Part shown: piece after piece, positions 1 through 14,441 of the stretch
Layout: the number at the start of each line of letters is the position of its first letter
Numbering within the stretch: the first letter of the stretch is position 1
Source: Squalus acanthias
Lineage: Eukaryota
Direction of reading: 5' to 3'
Assembly (NCBI GenBank): GCA_030390025.1
Contig: CM059432.1
Coordinates: 116,748,001-116,812,000 of the forward strand
Length of the DNA stretch: 64,000 bases
The notes under the pieces: generated by a model
Databases searched by the model: none
Told to the model about the DNA's origin: nothing
What the model saw: only the letters and a program-made list of their open reading frames with translations
Translations under genes and position numbers: made by a program

Positions 1-1967
1 TAAGGAGTGTAGAAGAGCATGCCAGGAGCAGCACCAGGCGTACCTAAAAATGAGGTGCTAACCTGAGGAAGCTGCAACACAGGACTACATGCATGCTAAA
101 AAAATGGAAGCAGCATGCTATAGACAGGGCTAAGCGATCCCACAATCAACGGATCAGATCAAAACTCTGCAGTCCTGCCACATCCAGTCGTGAATGGTGG
201 TGGACCATTAAACAACTAATGGGAGGCGAAGGCTCTACGAACATCCCCATCCTCAATGATGGTGGAGCCCAGAACGCGAGTGCAAAAGACAAGGCTGAAG
301 TGTTTGCAACCATCTTCAGCCAGAAGTGCCAAGTGGATGATCTGTATCGGCCTCCTCCTGAGGTCCCCACCATCACAAAAGCCAGTCTTCAGCTAATTCA
401 ATTCACTCCACGTGATATCAAGAAACGGCTGAACGCACTGGATACAGCAAAGACTATGGGCCTCGACAACATCCTGGCTGTTGTGCTGAAGACTTGTGCT
501 CCAGAACTAGCCGCGCATCTAGCCAAGCTGTTCCAGTATAGCTACAACAGTGGCATCTACCCGATAATGTGGAAAACTGCCCAGGTATGTCCTGCCCACA
601 AAAAACAGGACAAATCTAATCCAGCCAATTACCACCCCTCAGTCTACTCTCAATCATCAGCAAAGTGATGGAAGGTGTTGTCCACAGTGCTATCAAGCGG
701 CACTTACTCACCAATAACCTGCTCACTGATGCTCAGTTTTGGTTCTGCCAGGACCACTCGGCTCCAGACCTCATTAAAGCCTTGGTCCAAACATAGACAA
801 AAGAGCTGATATCCAGAGTTGAGGTGAGAGTGATTGGCCTTGACATCAAGTTGCATTTGACCGAGTGTGGCATCAAGGAACCCTAGTAAAATTGAATTCA
901 GTGGGAATCAGGGGGAAAACTCTCCACTGGTTGTAGTCATACCTAACACAAAGGAAAATGGTTGTGGTTGTTGGAGGCCAATCATCTCAGCCCCAGGACA
1001 TTGCTGCAGGAGTTCCTCAGGGCAGTGTCGTAGGCCCAACCATCTTCAGCTGCTTCATCAATGACCTTCCCTCCATCATAAGGTTAGAAGTGGGGATGTT
1101 CGCTGATGATTGCAGTGTTCAGCGCCATTCACAACTCCTCAGATAATGAAGCTGTCCATGACTGAATGCAGCAAGACCTTTACGACATTTAGGCTTGGGC
1201 TGATAAGTGGCAAGTAACATTCAAGTCACACAAGTGCCAGGCAATGACTATCTCCAACAAGAGGGAGTCTAACCACCACCTGTTGACATTGAATGGCATT
1301 ACCATCGTCAAATCCCCCACCATCAACATCCTGGGGGTTACCACTGACCAGAAACTTAACTAGACCAGCCACATAAATAGCCATAGGTCAGAGACTGGGT
1401 ATTCTGCGACGAGTGTCTCACCTCCTGACTTCCCAAAGTCTTTCCACCATCTACAACGCACAAGTCAGGAGTGTGATGGAATACTCTCCACTAGCCTGGA
1501 TGAGTGCAGCTCCAACAACACTCAAGAAGCTCGACACCATCCAGAACAAAGCAGCCCACTTGATTGGCACCCCATCAACCACCTTAAACATTCACTCCCT
1601 CCTCCACCAGCGCACCATGGCTGCAGTGTGTACCATCTACAAGATGCACTGCAGCAACTCACCAAGGCTTCATCAACAGCACCTCCCAAACCCGCGACCT
1701 CTACCACCTAGAAGGACAAGGGCAACAAGTGCATGGGAACACCACCACCTCCAATTTCCCCTCCAAGTCACACACCATCCTGACTTGGAACTATATCGCT
1801 GTTCCTTCATCGTCACTGGGTCAAAATCCTGGAACTTCCTCCCTAACTGTGGGAGTACCTTCACCACACGGACTGCAGCGGTTCAAGAAGGTGGCTCACC
1901 ACCACCTTCTCAAGGGCAACTAGGGATGGGCAATAAAGGCTGGCCTTGCCAGCGATGCCCACATCCC
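1..1967 (+). mobile_element. Degenerate CR1-group LINE ('family B'), RT region and 3' end; starts before the window
   Basis: ORF pieces 93-668, 958-1146 and 1413 onward carry non-LTR RT motifs (KKQDKSNPANY, GVPQGSVVGP, MFADDC) broken by stops and frameshifts. The 3' end GGGCAATAAA..GGCCTTGCCAGCGA.GCCCACATCCCA is shared with copies at 11.3, 30.2 and 48.7 kb. Confidence 0.9.
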
Positions 1968-2718
1968 AGGTGCCCGGAGCCCGGAGTCCTTCTTTACATA
2001 TGCATGTTGCGGCCCGATGACATAATTGAGACCCGTCTGTAATTTTAACTCAGGCCTGAGCGGGGAATCCACCTGGCATTAAAATCAGGGCCTGCTGTAG
2101 CCTAACCAAGGACCTGTATAAGGAAAGAATGATATCCTTTGATGTATATTGAATGGTTCTATTAATGCCTTGTTTACTTTGGCTACAGCTTCTCTGCACT
2201 GTTCATGAACCTTTAGTGATATGCACACAATAACAACTCAACCGATTTCAGTATTGTTCCCCGTAAATGTAAGTATATTCTGTGTTGGTCCTACCTACAT
2301 GGATCACACTGCATTGTCTAGGTTAAATGGCATTTGCCATTGTTTGGCCCATTACCCCACCACATCTAAATATTTTTGCAGAAGTTTGTACTCCTCTACA
2401 GTCTTAACACTTGCACATATTTTTGTATCACCTGCAAACTTGCTGACTATACCCCCAACACCAATGTCCAGGTTGTTAATGAAAATAGTGATTCGTAATT
2501 GTCCTAACACCGATTTAAATGTAAAATCTAGTTCTTACCTCCAACACTTCCCTTTACTAACATAGCTGGCACATTGGAAACTCAGAAAGTTAAACGTCTC
2601 CACACTCTCTGGCTAGCGACTGTAACTGAATGCAGACGGAAAGCTTTTTAGTACTGTATACTCACTATAAAATGATGTGACACCAGGCATGTGTGATTCT
2701 GTAACAGACAGCCATATT

Positions 2719-3842
2719 GACCCGGAGTTTGCAGTCATGATAACGGCAAACTGGCAGCGTTCGTCGTCATTCCGCCTTTGAAACTGCCGCAATTTCAGGA
2801 TTTAGTGCCCGCGCAGCCTAATCCGTAAATCCTGAAGTTGTGGTCAGTCATTCACTGCTCCGATACAGGTTGCGCTGTGCCCCCACCCCCACAACCGGCA
2901 ATCAGCGAAATCACTCAAATCAGGGAAACTGACGAAAACTTCGGCTCTTCCGCAGTAATTACGCTGTTAAATTCCCCACTAAAAGTTAGACCCAAAGGGA
3001 TTAGGTGTAACTGGGGTTTTAACAGCGTATTGACTGCTAAGCAAATGTTATGGGCCTAAAAAAGTACAGGAAACTCGTTTAAACGGCACCTAAATATCTG
3101 GAATTCTCTAATAACCGGCAGAATTCATATTCCGAAAACTACAGTATACAGTTGTATATAAGTTTTGTTTTACTTTTAAGTAATTAAAGAGTTATGGATT
3201 ACCCTCAACTGGCATTACTGTACTTAATCAAGCATCTTCCACCATCCATTTAACACAACATTCTGTAGGGGAGTACCCAATTATACTGCACATTTCTTGA
3301 TTTTTTTATTTTTGTTTGTTAAAAATAGCCTCGGTAGATATACCTCTCCGTTATCCGGAATTTTTAATCAACCGGCACCATCCCAGTCCCATTGGTGCCG
3401 GATACGAAAGAGTTTCCTGTAATTTTAATTTTGTGGATTTTATCAATTTTAATAAAAATTAAACTTTTTAAGAAACTTTAAAAATAATGTAATTAAAAAA
3501 AAAAGTTTTTTCATCTTTATTTCTGGTTTGCCTTTTTCCCATGTGAGAGCCCCAATCTTTGTTTTGCTCTCTCTAACATTTTTTAAAAGTTAGAATTTTA
3601 AGAGCTTACTCACTTCCTGGTTCACGGTCTGTGAGAATTCTGCATTTTGATTGGCTGCTTAGTCAGCTTGTTGACATCACAGCAGATCGCACAAGGGGAT
3701 CCCCATTAACTTACATTGATTTCAATTACCCGTCATAAAACCCGAAATTCTCGAAACCGAGATCGCGTGGTCTTTGTGCGAAGCATACTTCGGGGCCAGC
3801 AGCGAAACCCTTTGCTTCGCCGCTGACCGCAAATTCCGGGCC
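2719..3842. mobile_element. Non-autonomous Harbinger-like MITE
   Basis: Imperfect 19-bp TIRs GACCCGGAGTTTGCAGTCA / TGACCGCAAATTCCGGGCC, AT-rich core, no ORF. The same TIR type occurs at 49051-49981. No clean TSD. Confidence 0.7.
3067..3419. mobile_element. Tc1/mariner (pogo/Tigger-like) MITE nested in the Harbinger-like MITE
   Basis: TIR CAGGAAACTC...GGCACC / GGTGCC...GAGTTTCCTG, flanked by TA on both sides (3065-66 and 3420-21). Confidence 0.75.
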
Positions 3843-5855
3843 GATACTTTTGACATTGAAAATGCACAACATTGCACCACCTACAGGTGTAACAGGTACT
3901 TATAATGGGTTTTCCATTGGACCAAGGTTGAATATGAGTTTTCAATGAAATGTACGTCCCAGGCACCAAACTTAATCGGTAATAGATTGTCATTTTGCAT
4001 GAAAAGCTTGACTTTGGGAGACTGGGTACCATAGAGATTAAAACTCTGCCCTTTCACCTTTGTGATTTGGGTTCAAATCCAGTCAAGGGCAATGGTGTCT
4101 TTCTGTTGGCTGTGACTTGGGTCTTACATGCGAAGACTTTGGGCAATTTCAAAGCAGTATTAAACGGATGTGTACAAACAGCACAACTCAGTGGATGGGT
4201 GTGTAGGAAATGAAAATGTGACACCAGTGCAAATGGGAGACTTTTCTGATTTAGGGCCTAGGCAAGATGTTGGGACAGAATAGAGGGAGCTTTACACTAC
4301 AGACAGCTGGCCCCGTTGACCTCGCTTCCAGCAAAAATAATTGAAACTGAAGGGCGAGGAATAAAAACCAACTCATGGCGCATTCTGCGAGATGTCCCGC
4401 TTCAGCAAGTTCTGGGCCAATGTTTTTTTTATGTGTGAACTATAATAGAAGTGCCATTTTAGCAAGCCAATTTGAATGATGGCTCTTTAATACATTTAAT
4501 GATCCATTGAAGGTGAATGATGGTTGTTCAATTGACTGGAATCCAGAGCTTTAAGTGAACAAACGTCAATATCTTGTATAAACGTACTCTGGGTAAGCAG
4601 TTGTTGATCAGCTTCTGGCACATTTCCTTTTGCTCGTATTGTGTTTCTGTGTACTGTTGTGCACTGATGATGTGGCTCAGTGATTTTAATGGGATTCTGA
4701 TTATTGGCAACAACTTGATAATTGAGATGTTATTTGCCATGGATGTTTCTCAATCAGTTGACTTCTATTGTAATAAGCTTTGCAATTCTCTGCGGCCACT
4801 ATTACTCCAATCTCATTAAGTAATCTGCTTTCTCTTTACTCAACCCGCCTTTCCCCTCTCTCCAGAGTCCTAACATTTAAAAGAGCATTTCTTTCCAGCT
4901 CTGCTATGAATATATAAGAAATTAGATTATGTGCTGTAGAACATTTCACTCTGTGAAAGGCCTTGAATGAAATACATTAATTTTTGAGAAAGATTTTTTA
5001 AAAGATGTTTAGCATTGTGCACTCCCATTTGATGACTCTACCATTTTGAGAGAACCATCCACCCTGAACTCAACATGAGGTGAGGTAAAAGAAAGAACTT
5101 GCATTTATATAGTGCCTTCCATACCCTCAGAATGTCCCAAAGGTCTTTACAATCAATGAAGTTCTTTTGAAGTGTTGTCACCGTTGTAATGTCTCAGGTG
5201 GGCTTCAGGCATGATCACATTGGGTAACCCTCCCCTATATAGCTGACATTAATATGGCAGAACCCAGTACGTACGTTGAGTTCTGTAATTTATTTACATT
5301 TTGTGACAAATGTAAAGGTTGTCACAATAAGAGTTACACTGTTAAATTCAAATCATTATCATCAGCGTCAGGAGGGAGAAATTGCAAATCACTTTAAAGT
5401 ATTGGGATGGCTGAAGTGACAGCACATGACAACAGCACAAGCATCCCCATTGTTTTATTAATTTTTGAATTACAGAAAAATTGCTACAAGGAAAAAACCA
5501 AAAGTACAAATAAAGAGATAATGTCACACTATATATAACAGAATAATAGTATTGCAACAACAATAAACTTAAATACAAGTTCACAACGGTTAAATATCTG
5601 AAGCAAAATTAAGCTGATCGATAATAACATTAATAGGTCACATAAGCTATGACAAGTAGTATGGTGAAAGTCTTAGCAAGGACTAAAGGGGGAATTTTCT
5701 GACTTCATGCTATCAGTGAGTGAGGCTCCCTGCCGGCAGGGCAGAGCCAAGGTTGAAGGATGGGGGCAGACAACCTCCTCTAATGCCGTTTGCGTCAGAC
5801 TCGAAACCACAAGGCAATCGCGATCGTGAATTTAAAAGTTAAGTGAGTAAATTTG

Positions 5856-6500
5856 AGAAGGCATACGGGATACTTTCCTTTATTAACTGAGGCATAGAAT
5901 ATAAGAGCGGGGAGGTTATGCTTGAACTGAACAAAACACTAGTTAGGCCACAGCTAAAGTACTGCGTACAGTTCTGGTCACCACATTACAGGAAAGATGC
6001 GATTGCACTAGAGAGGGTACAGAGGAGGTTTACGAGGATGTTGCCTGGGCTGGAGAATTTTAGCTATGAGGAAAGATTGGATAGGCTGGGGTTGTTTTCT
6101 TTGGAGCACAGGAGGCTGAAGGGAGACTTAATTGAGATGTATAAAATTATGAGGGGCCTAGATAGAATGGGTAGGAAGGACCTATTTCCCCCAGCAGAGA
6201 GGTCAATAACCAGGGGGCATAGATTTAAAGTAATTGGTAGAAGGATTAGCAGGAAGTTGAGGAGAACATTTTTCACCCAGAGGGTGGTGGGGGTCTGGGA
6301 CTCACTGCTTGAAAGGGTGGTAGAGGCAGAAACCCTCATCACATTTAAAAAGTACTTGGATATGCACTTGAAGTGCCGTAACCTGCAAGGCTAAGGACCA
6401 AGAGCTGGAAAGTGGGATTAGGCTGGATAGCTCTTTCTGGCTGGCACAGACACGATGGGCTGAATGGCCTCCTTCTGTGCTGTAAATTTCTATGATTTTT
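5856..6500 (+). mobile_element. 5'-truncated CR1 (HER1-like) LINE, 3' end
   Basis: ORF 5918-6394 is the CR1 ORF2 C-terminus (LVRPQLKYCVQFWSP, TRGH, FFTQRVV), followed by a TTCTATGA-type tail. Confidence 0.9.
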
Positions 6501-7524
6501 ATGAAATTATTTGCAATCAGTTTTGTCCGAGCCCTGACGTAAAACATTGGCCAACCTCAGAGTGATCATGACCTCCCCTCGACGCGCCCCCCCCCACCCC
6601 CCCCGTTGCTTTGCAACTGCCTGCCATAACTGTGTATTGTAAATCTTACTGCTCACTACATGATTTTCTTAGCACTTAAATTATTGGTTGGAAAGTTATG
6701 CTGGAATTGATGATACATGCTCCTGCAGGGAGCCTCACTCACTGGGTGGACGATGTCAGAAAATTAACCCTTAAGCCAAGGAGAGCCATAAGAAGCCTAT
6801 TCAGGCCTGTGATTGGCAGGGGTGGATGACAGCAGGCACTGCATGTCATGGAATCCCACCAAAGATACTGAGCGTGATTATCTGGGCTTTAAAGGATTAG
6901 TCCAACAAGGAGGAGGATTATTTGGGATAGACGTAGACTACAGAGGAAGGTGAACAAACAATAAATTGGGAAGGTGAAGGGACAGATGCAGATGGTTGGA
7001 TGTCGTCCCATACAGTGAGTTAAATGGTTGAGAAATACTGAGCCCTCCAGAACCCCAGCACCACCAAATCCATCTTTAAAGCCTCCAGTCCCTCAGCTAC
7101 CTATTCAAAGAGGGAGGCCACATGTGAATAAAGGTAGTCTGAAATGGTTCTCTCCAATTGAGCCATCCTTTCAGAAACACTCAGCATCCCTATTTTAATA
7201 AGAACTTTCAGGGAAAGCTCATTATGAGCTGGAAATACGCTATATTGGTATAGACAAAAAAATTGGTGTCCAGGGCCCATGCCTGAAATAGGTGTTAGGC
7301 TCTTTGCATGTGCAAATAAGGGGCCCAACACTTATTTGAGGCCGCCTGTGCAAGATTGGCTTGCCCTGAGCGCAGCCAGCATTCAGCAAAACCAGGTCTA
7401 CATGCAGCCTAACCTAGGACACCACCAAAAAGGTATGTTTTTAAAATATACTTAGCTGAACGTGGAGCCAGGAGGTGCAGGAACGATCGCCACGGCCCCC
7501 CCCCGCAACGTCACTACCATTCCC

Positions 7525-7882
7525 CCTCTCAATCGCTCCCTGCTCCCGGGAGGTCTTTCCCTATGTCCAAGCCTATGCCCTTCGGTCCTCTGACTCTGAC
7601 TTCCCGGGCATCTTCCCTTCCCTCTGCTTCTCCATTGGTTACAAAACCTTCTGCCAGCTCAACTCCCTTTGCAACTTTTTGCAACTCCCTCCCCAAACCT
7701 CTCCACTTTGTTACTTCTATTCCGACTTTAAAAAGCGCCTCTAAACTTATCTTCTTCACCATGCTTTCCGTCATCTCTCTTAACTCTTCTACTACAGCTC
7801 GACATCCATTCCTGCTTCTGTGAAATGTCTTGGAATATTTTATTTGCTTAAAGATGTGACACTCGTACAAGTAGTTGTTGCT
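7525..7882 (+). mobile_element. Highly degraded L2-like LINE 3' fragment
   Basis: Resembles the L2 3' end at 60660-61289 (CTCCCTCCCCAAACCTCTCCAC ... TACAAGT.GTTGTTG). Confidence 0.5.
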
Positions 7883-9799
7883 GAATAGAAGATTTTTGCA
7901 GCCAGTCTTGACACGGAGTACTCCAACGTTGCCAATTCTCATTATTTCATTCATGGTTTATTGATTTTGCACCTTTGCTTTAATAGGTGTGATTCACCAG
8001 GATAGGAGGGAGTAAAAGAGAATTGTTCTCCCTATCTTCTATCTCTGTGAATCATGTGCATTAAATCTATAATACAGAATCAATAAATCATTAACAAAAT
8101 CATAAGTGTTTGCAACGCTGCTACTTCCCGATCAGGTACACAATGAGTTACACACAGAATAAAGCCCTCTCTCTACGCTGTCATAACAATACCTATTGTT
8201 CCCAGTCTCAGAAGAGCACTCCTTAATGTACCAGCACCATATTAATGCTTCCCACACCTGGCCTCTCAGTGCATTTCTGACAGGTTTGTTCTGTAGTCTT
8301 ATAACCACTAGCCATTGGATTGAAACCACCCAAACGTATTTAACCCAGCGTTGTTAACCTAACAGAGAGAGGAGATTTTCATCCCATCAGTTTTGAATAG
8401 ATTCTAATCCGGGCCCCAGAGTTGGCCGGAGAAATATAATTCACAAGTGCCACCCAGTGCTCTAAAGAATTTATTTTCTTATGAAAAAATGCAAACCTTA
8501 AGGTTTATTCATACTTACATGCTACTGTTTAGGTCAGACAACTGAGAGATGTTTGTTTATGGGGTATGTCCTCGCCACCCACCTTCTCCCCAAACCCCAA
8601 GAGCCAGTCTCTTCCTCCCAATGACCGAGTGTACATCAAACACTTCCAACTGAGTAATAACACATTCAAATTTCCCAATTGGGAATCCATTTTTCGAGCA
8701 TTGGGACCAGCGGCCCACACTGTGTTTTAGGTACTTTGATTTGTGAGAAAATGAGCAGCACAGTTAATTAGAACTTCATCCTTTTAGGTCTGGCATTGGG
8801 ATTCAATTGGGATGAGTTCCCTTTATCTGATTACTGATTGTAAGGATCCTGAGTAAAACCAATTTGTGCCGTGTCAATCTGGATGCAGAGAAGGGGGTGC
8901 GGAGGGTGGGAGAGATTTCCTCTGTACATTATGTGTAATGCTAATGTAAACTCATATTGTACTCGAAGAGGTCATAAACTGTGGGGGAAAATGAATTGAA
9001 ATGTCCCTCTTTGCAGTAAGCGGTGAAGTCCTAAGACTGCAGTTAAGAGAGGTAATTTTATAAACTCATTCCATGGACAGAAACTCAAAGGGGTTGGGTA
9101 CCCAAATTCCAGATGTGTGCTCTCAGCGTGGGAATCTTTGCATGAATTTGCAAAGTGACCCCTTAAGGAGCTTGTCCTTGTATATCTAACTCATGCTATG
9201 CCTAATCTGGGAGTGCTTGATGATGACATTGGGTATCAGATTGTTCCCTTTGCCTAATACCAACACTCACATTTAGTACAGAAAACAGACCTGAGTCTGG
9301 AAAAATATTGAAATTACTGTCTTAGTATTTTCCACTCCACTGTTTACCACCAATATAGAGGTTCTTGAGTTGAAATTAGTATGAAGGAATAATGGCTCAT
9401 TTGAAGGAAGCAGTTATGGTTATTAATTCTATTATAATGAGGATTTAAAAATAAATTACATTCTGGACAGCTGACATATTCATTTTGTTTTCGGCATCGC
9501 TCAGTGAAGGGCCTGACTGAACGCTTTGAGCTTTCTGTGCAAGAAAGGAGCTAGGCAATGTTTATACTGAACGGAATGACCCAATTAAACAGAGGGAACC
9601 GTTTGAGGAGCAAGTCAAGATAATCTGTGTGAAGAAAGGTACCATGGATATTCCCATTACTGAACCAGTACATTTTTTATATTGGCCTAGTTTGAAGTTA
9701 CACAGCATTTTCTTTCATATAATCTCATTCTTTTAAAGAAACGCAATCTATTCTTCAAAGCTAATTTAAAGCAACTCCATAGAATGAAGCTGTTCTGCT

Positions 9800-11272
9800 C
9801 GGCCCCAGCTTTACACCATATTTATTAATGATTTGGATGAGGGAATAGAGAGTTGTATATCCAAATTTGCAGAAGGCACTAAGTTAGCAGGCATAGTGCA
9901 TTGTGCAGATAGGAGGACGAAGTTACGAAGGGACATAGACAGAGTAAGTGAGTGGGCAAATTTATGGCAGGAGTTTAATGTGGGCAAGTCTGAGGTCATC
10001 CACTTTGGACCTAAGAAAGATAAATCGGAGTATTTTCCAATTAGAATCATAGAATCATACAAATTTACGGCACAGAAGGAGGCCGTGGTAGAGGCAGAAA
10101 TTCTCACCGTATTTAAAGAGTGCTTGGATGTGTACTTGAAGTGTTGTGGCCTACAAGGCTACGGACCAAGAGCTCGAAAGTGGGATGAGGCTGGATAGCT
10201 CTTTTTTGATTGGTGAGAAACTGGGAACTGTAGAGGAGCAAAGAGATTTGGGAGTCCAAGTACACAAATCATATAAAGCTAGGTTTTGATAGAGTAGATA
10301 CAGAGAGAGTGTTTCCACTTGTGGGAAAGAGTAAAACTCGAGGCTATCAATATGAGATAGTCACCAAAAAATCAAATGGTGAATTCAGAAGAAACTTCTT
10401 TACCCAGAGAGTGGTGAGAATATGGAACTCGCTACCGCAGGGAGTGATTGAAGCGAATAGTATAGATGCATTTAAGGGGCGATTAGATAAGCATATGAGT
10501 GAGAAGGAAATGCTGATAGGGTTAGATAAGGCAAGACAGGAGGAGGCTCGAGTGGAGCATATACACAGGCATAGACTGGTTGGGCCAAATGGCCTGTTTC
10601 TGTGCTGTATATCCTATGTAGTAGACAAGTACAAAAAGCAATCAGAAAGGCTAATGGAATATTGGCCTTTATTTCAGGGGGCTGGGTTACAAAGAGGAGG
10701 AAATTATTCCTCAGTTCTATAGAGCCTTGGTAAGACACCATCTGGAGTACTGCATTCAGTTTTGAGCATTGAACCTCAGGAAAGATATGTTGGCCTTGGA
10801 GAGAATACAGCACAGATTGACCAGAGTCAAAGTGTTAAATTAGGAGGTCAGGTTTTATAAACTTGGCTTGTATTCCCTTGAGTTTAGAAGGTTGAGGGAT
10901 GATCTATTCGAGGTGTTTAAAATGATGAAGGGATTCGATAGGGTGGATACAGAGGAACTATTTTCTCTAGTGGAGAAATCCAGAACAAGAGGGCATGATC
11001 ATAAAATTAGAGTTAGGCCATTTAGGAGTGAAATTAGGAAGCATTTTTTCACACAAAGGGTAGTGAAAATCTGGAACGCACTCCCCTAAGAAGCTGTGGA
11101 TGATGGGTCAATTGGAGGTTTCAAGACTGAGATCGCTAGTTTTTTGTTAGGTATGATTATCAAGGAATGTGGAGCAAAGGCGAGTAAATAGAGTTGAGCT
11201 ACAGATCAGTCTTAATCAAATTGAAAGGTGGAACAGACTTGAGAGGCTGAATGGCCTACTCCTGTTCCTATT
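9800..11272 (+). mobile_element. Cluster of nested/fragmented CR1 LINE 3' pieces
   Basis: ORFs 9833-10198, 10309-10722 and 10868-11089 have CR1 RT/C-terminal motifs (ISKFA..TKL, RRNFFTQRVV) and several CR1 3' UTRs. Confidence 0.85.
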
Positions 11273-11289
11273 TACATAAATATATGGAA

Positions 11290-12538
11290 GACCTCATTAC
11301 AGCTCCTTGGTCCAAACATGGACAAAGGAGCTGAATTCCAGAGGTGAGGTGAGAGTGACTGCCCTTGACATCAAAGCAGCTTTTGACCGAGTGAGGCATC
11401 AAGGAGCCCTAGTAAAACTGAAGTCAATGAGAATCGGGGGGAAAACTCTCCACTGGCTGGAGTCATTCCTAGCACAAAGGAAGATGGTTGTGGTGTTTGG
11501 AGGTCAATCATCACAGCCCCAGGACTGCAGGAGTTCCTCAGGGCAGTGTCGTAGGCCCAACCATCTTCAGCTGCTTCATCAATGACCTTCCCTCCAACAT
11601 AAGGTCAGAAATGGAGATGTTCGCTGATGACTGCACAGTGTTCAGTGCCATTCGCAACTCCTCAGATAATAAAGCAGTCCATGCCCGCATGCAGCAAGAC
11701 CTGGACAACATTCAGGCTTGGGCTGATAAGTGGCAGGTAACATTTGCGCCATACAAGTGCCAGGCAACGACTATCTCCAAAAAGTGAGCGTCTAACCACC
11801 GCCCCTTGACTTTCAATGGCATTACCATCGCCGAATCCCCCACCATCAATATCCTGGGGGTCACCATTGACCAGAAATTTAACTGGACCAGCCACATAAA
11901 TACTGTGGCAATAAGAGCAGGTCAGAGGCTGGGTATTCTGTGGCGAGTGTCTCACCTCCTGACTCCCCAAAGCCTTTCCACCATCTACAAGGCACAAGTA
12001 AGGAGTGTGATGGAATACTCTCCACTTGCCTGGATGAGTACAGCTCCAACAACACTCAAAAAGCTCGACACCATCCAGGACAAAGCAGCCCGCTTGATTG
12101 GCACCCCATCCACCACCTTAAACATTGACTCCCTCCACCACCGGCGTACCGTGGCTGCAGTGTGTACCATCTACAAGATGCACTGCAGCAACTCACCAAG
12201 GCTCCTTCGGCAGCACCTCCCAAACCCGCGACCTCTTCCACCTAGAAGGACAAGGGCAGCAGGCGCATGGGAACACCACTACTTCCAAGTTCACTTCCAA
12301 GTTCCCCTCCAAGTCACACACCATCCTGACTTGGAAGTATATCGCCGATCCTTCATCATCGCTGGGTCAAAATCCTGAAACTCCCTCCCTCACAGCACTG
12401 TGGGAGTGCCTTCACTACATGGACTGCAGCGGTTCAAGAAGGTGGCTCACCACCACCTTCTCAAGGGCAACTAGGGATGGGCAATAAATGCTGGCCTTGC
12501 CAGCGACGCCCACATCCCATGAACGAGTATATTAAAAA
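11290..12538 (+). mobile_element. 5'-truncated CR1-group LINE family B
   Basis: RT motifs ALDIKAAFDRV, GVPQGSVVGP and MFADDC in ORFs 11307-12378. Colinear with 770-1967 and has the same 3' tail. Confidence 0.9.
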
Positions 12539-14441
12539 AGATGACTCAGTTGGGATTGTTCAATACCAAGGTTTATAACTAATGCCCAAGACTCATAGTT
12601 TCCAAATATGTCCAGTGGATATGACTTTTGTAGATCTTCCATGTGATTGAGTGAAAGAATACATTGAGCAGTCTTTGGGGAGTTTTATATGTATTTAATT
12701 TTGGCAGCTTTCTCACATTTTATTTTAACAAGTGCTACTTAGTACCAGTAGATGGCACTTGTGCAACAACTTTTTTCTTCCATGCATCTGATCTGTTTCC
12801 TACTTCCAGTCCACTGAAGTAATATTTAGTTGGGGCTGTAAAATTATCTCTCACAGCCAAAAAAAAATTAAATCAATGTGCCACTTGCACATGGTGATAT
12901 CATGACAAAAGTGACGCACAATTCTTATGGTTTGCCTTCTTTGCGAACATAAATTAGCCTCACCAAACACTTTTTCATGTAGACAGTGCCCCTTTAAAAA
13001 TGTAAAGGATTGGAAGTTACAAGAAAATAACTGCCTAAATGTTTGATAGAAAGCCAATATATAAAAATTCCCAAACGTTATCTTTGTTTTTTTTGAGATT
13101 TCAGTGAGGAGTGTTCACAAAATGCGCTTAGTTTGAAAATAAAATGCCTAGAAATTACTGGTGACAACATTAATGGACGAATGCTTAACACCTTCATATG
13201 GTGTCTCTTTGTGTGTTAGCATATATTTATTTTAAATCAGTTAATGCCTACATTAAAATAGCAAAAGAATGTCGTTGTCGTGCAAATGCATCAAGTTTTC
13301 ATCCACTAATTTTGTCAACAGTGATTTCCAGGCTTATATTTTTCTCAGTTTTCTCTAGACCTCCTTCGGGTGCTGACTCTCGCTGGGATGTGGTCCCCTC
13401 ATTGATCCTGGCAGCCCTCATTGCTTTGCTTAAGTGGCCATTCTTCATGTGACCGGAGACAGTGAATGCCGCCAGGCTGATTTTTTTCCTCCTCCTCCTG
13501 CGCTCAGATCATTGAGGCCAATTGCACTGCCCTGCTGTCAGCCCAGCTAAGGTCAGTTCATCCAGCACAAGCTGGGAATTGAACTTGGTCCCTGTGGCTT
13601 CAGTATCGCACAATTGTGATTTAAACCACTAACCTATCAGCGGAGCACGCACTGAAACACTAAAACTATTAACAGCTGAACAAATGGTTATCCATAATAT
13701 AGGTGTTTATGTAATAAGTGCTTGGGCAAGACAGGCCGATCTTACACCTTTTGTCAAACCCACAGGCTCAATGGGTCTAAATAGCTCAGTCATGTTATGA
13801 CCATTTTCCCAGTTTGTTCGAATTTTTTTTTGACCCTTAGTAGGTTTTTTCTGTGCACTATGTAACACAAACATAAACCCATTTATATAAAGCATGCTCA
13901 CCGTTTTACTGCACATACTGCACAGCGGAAATCCTCCTCTATGTTGTCTTTGTCCACTTGGTGGCACTAAGCTGATTATATTTTAAATAAAAAAGTGAAT
14001 TGGTAAGTTGTGATTCTTGGAGACTGACAGGTAACGCCCTCGTATGTCATGCCTCTTGATTGAAATATAATAAATCCAGCTTTTTATAATCATAGCACTG
14101 AGTGGAATTGTTGATGGTGACAGATGTCAACAGTGGAGCTAATGAAGGATATACTTTGGGGAGAGGAAGGGACGTGGCGTTGATCCTGTAGGGGAATGGG
14201 TTGGGCTGCAGCCAGATAGTGTGAGTTGAGGAGCTTGAAGTAACAGCTGTTCTCATTAATTGTCATGCACTGTGCCTTTGGGTGTCTTGTACTGGGACAC
14301 TAAATTCAATTCCTAGCAGGGAGCTTGTCCCACAGGCACTTTACCAGGATGCCCTGGAGCACTTATGTGGTATGAAGAATCTGCTTTCTGTTCTAAGTAC
14401 TTCGCTATTCTCTGGAACAATTACTCTTACAAATATATTTC

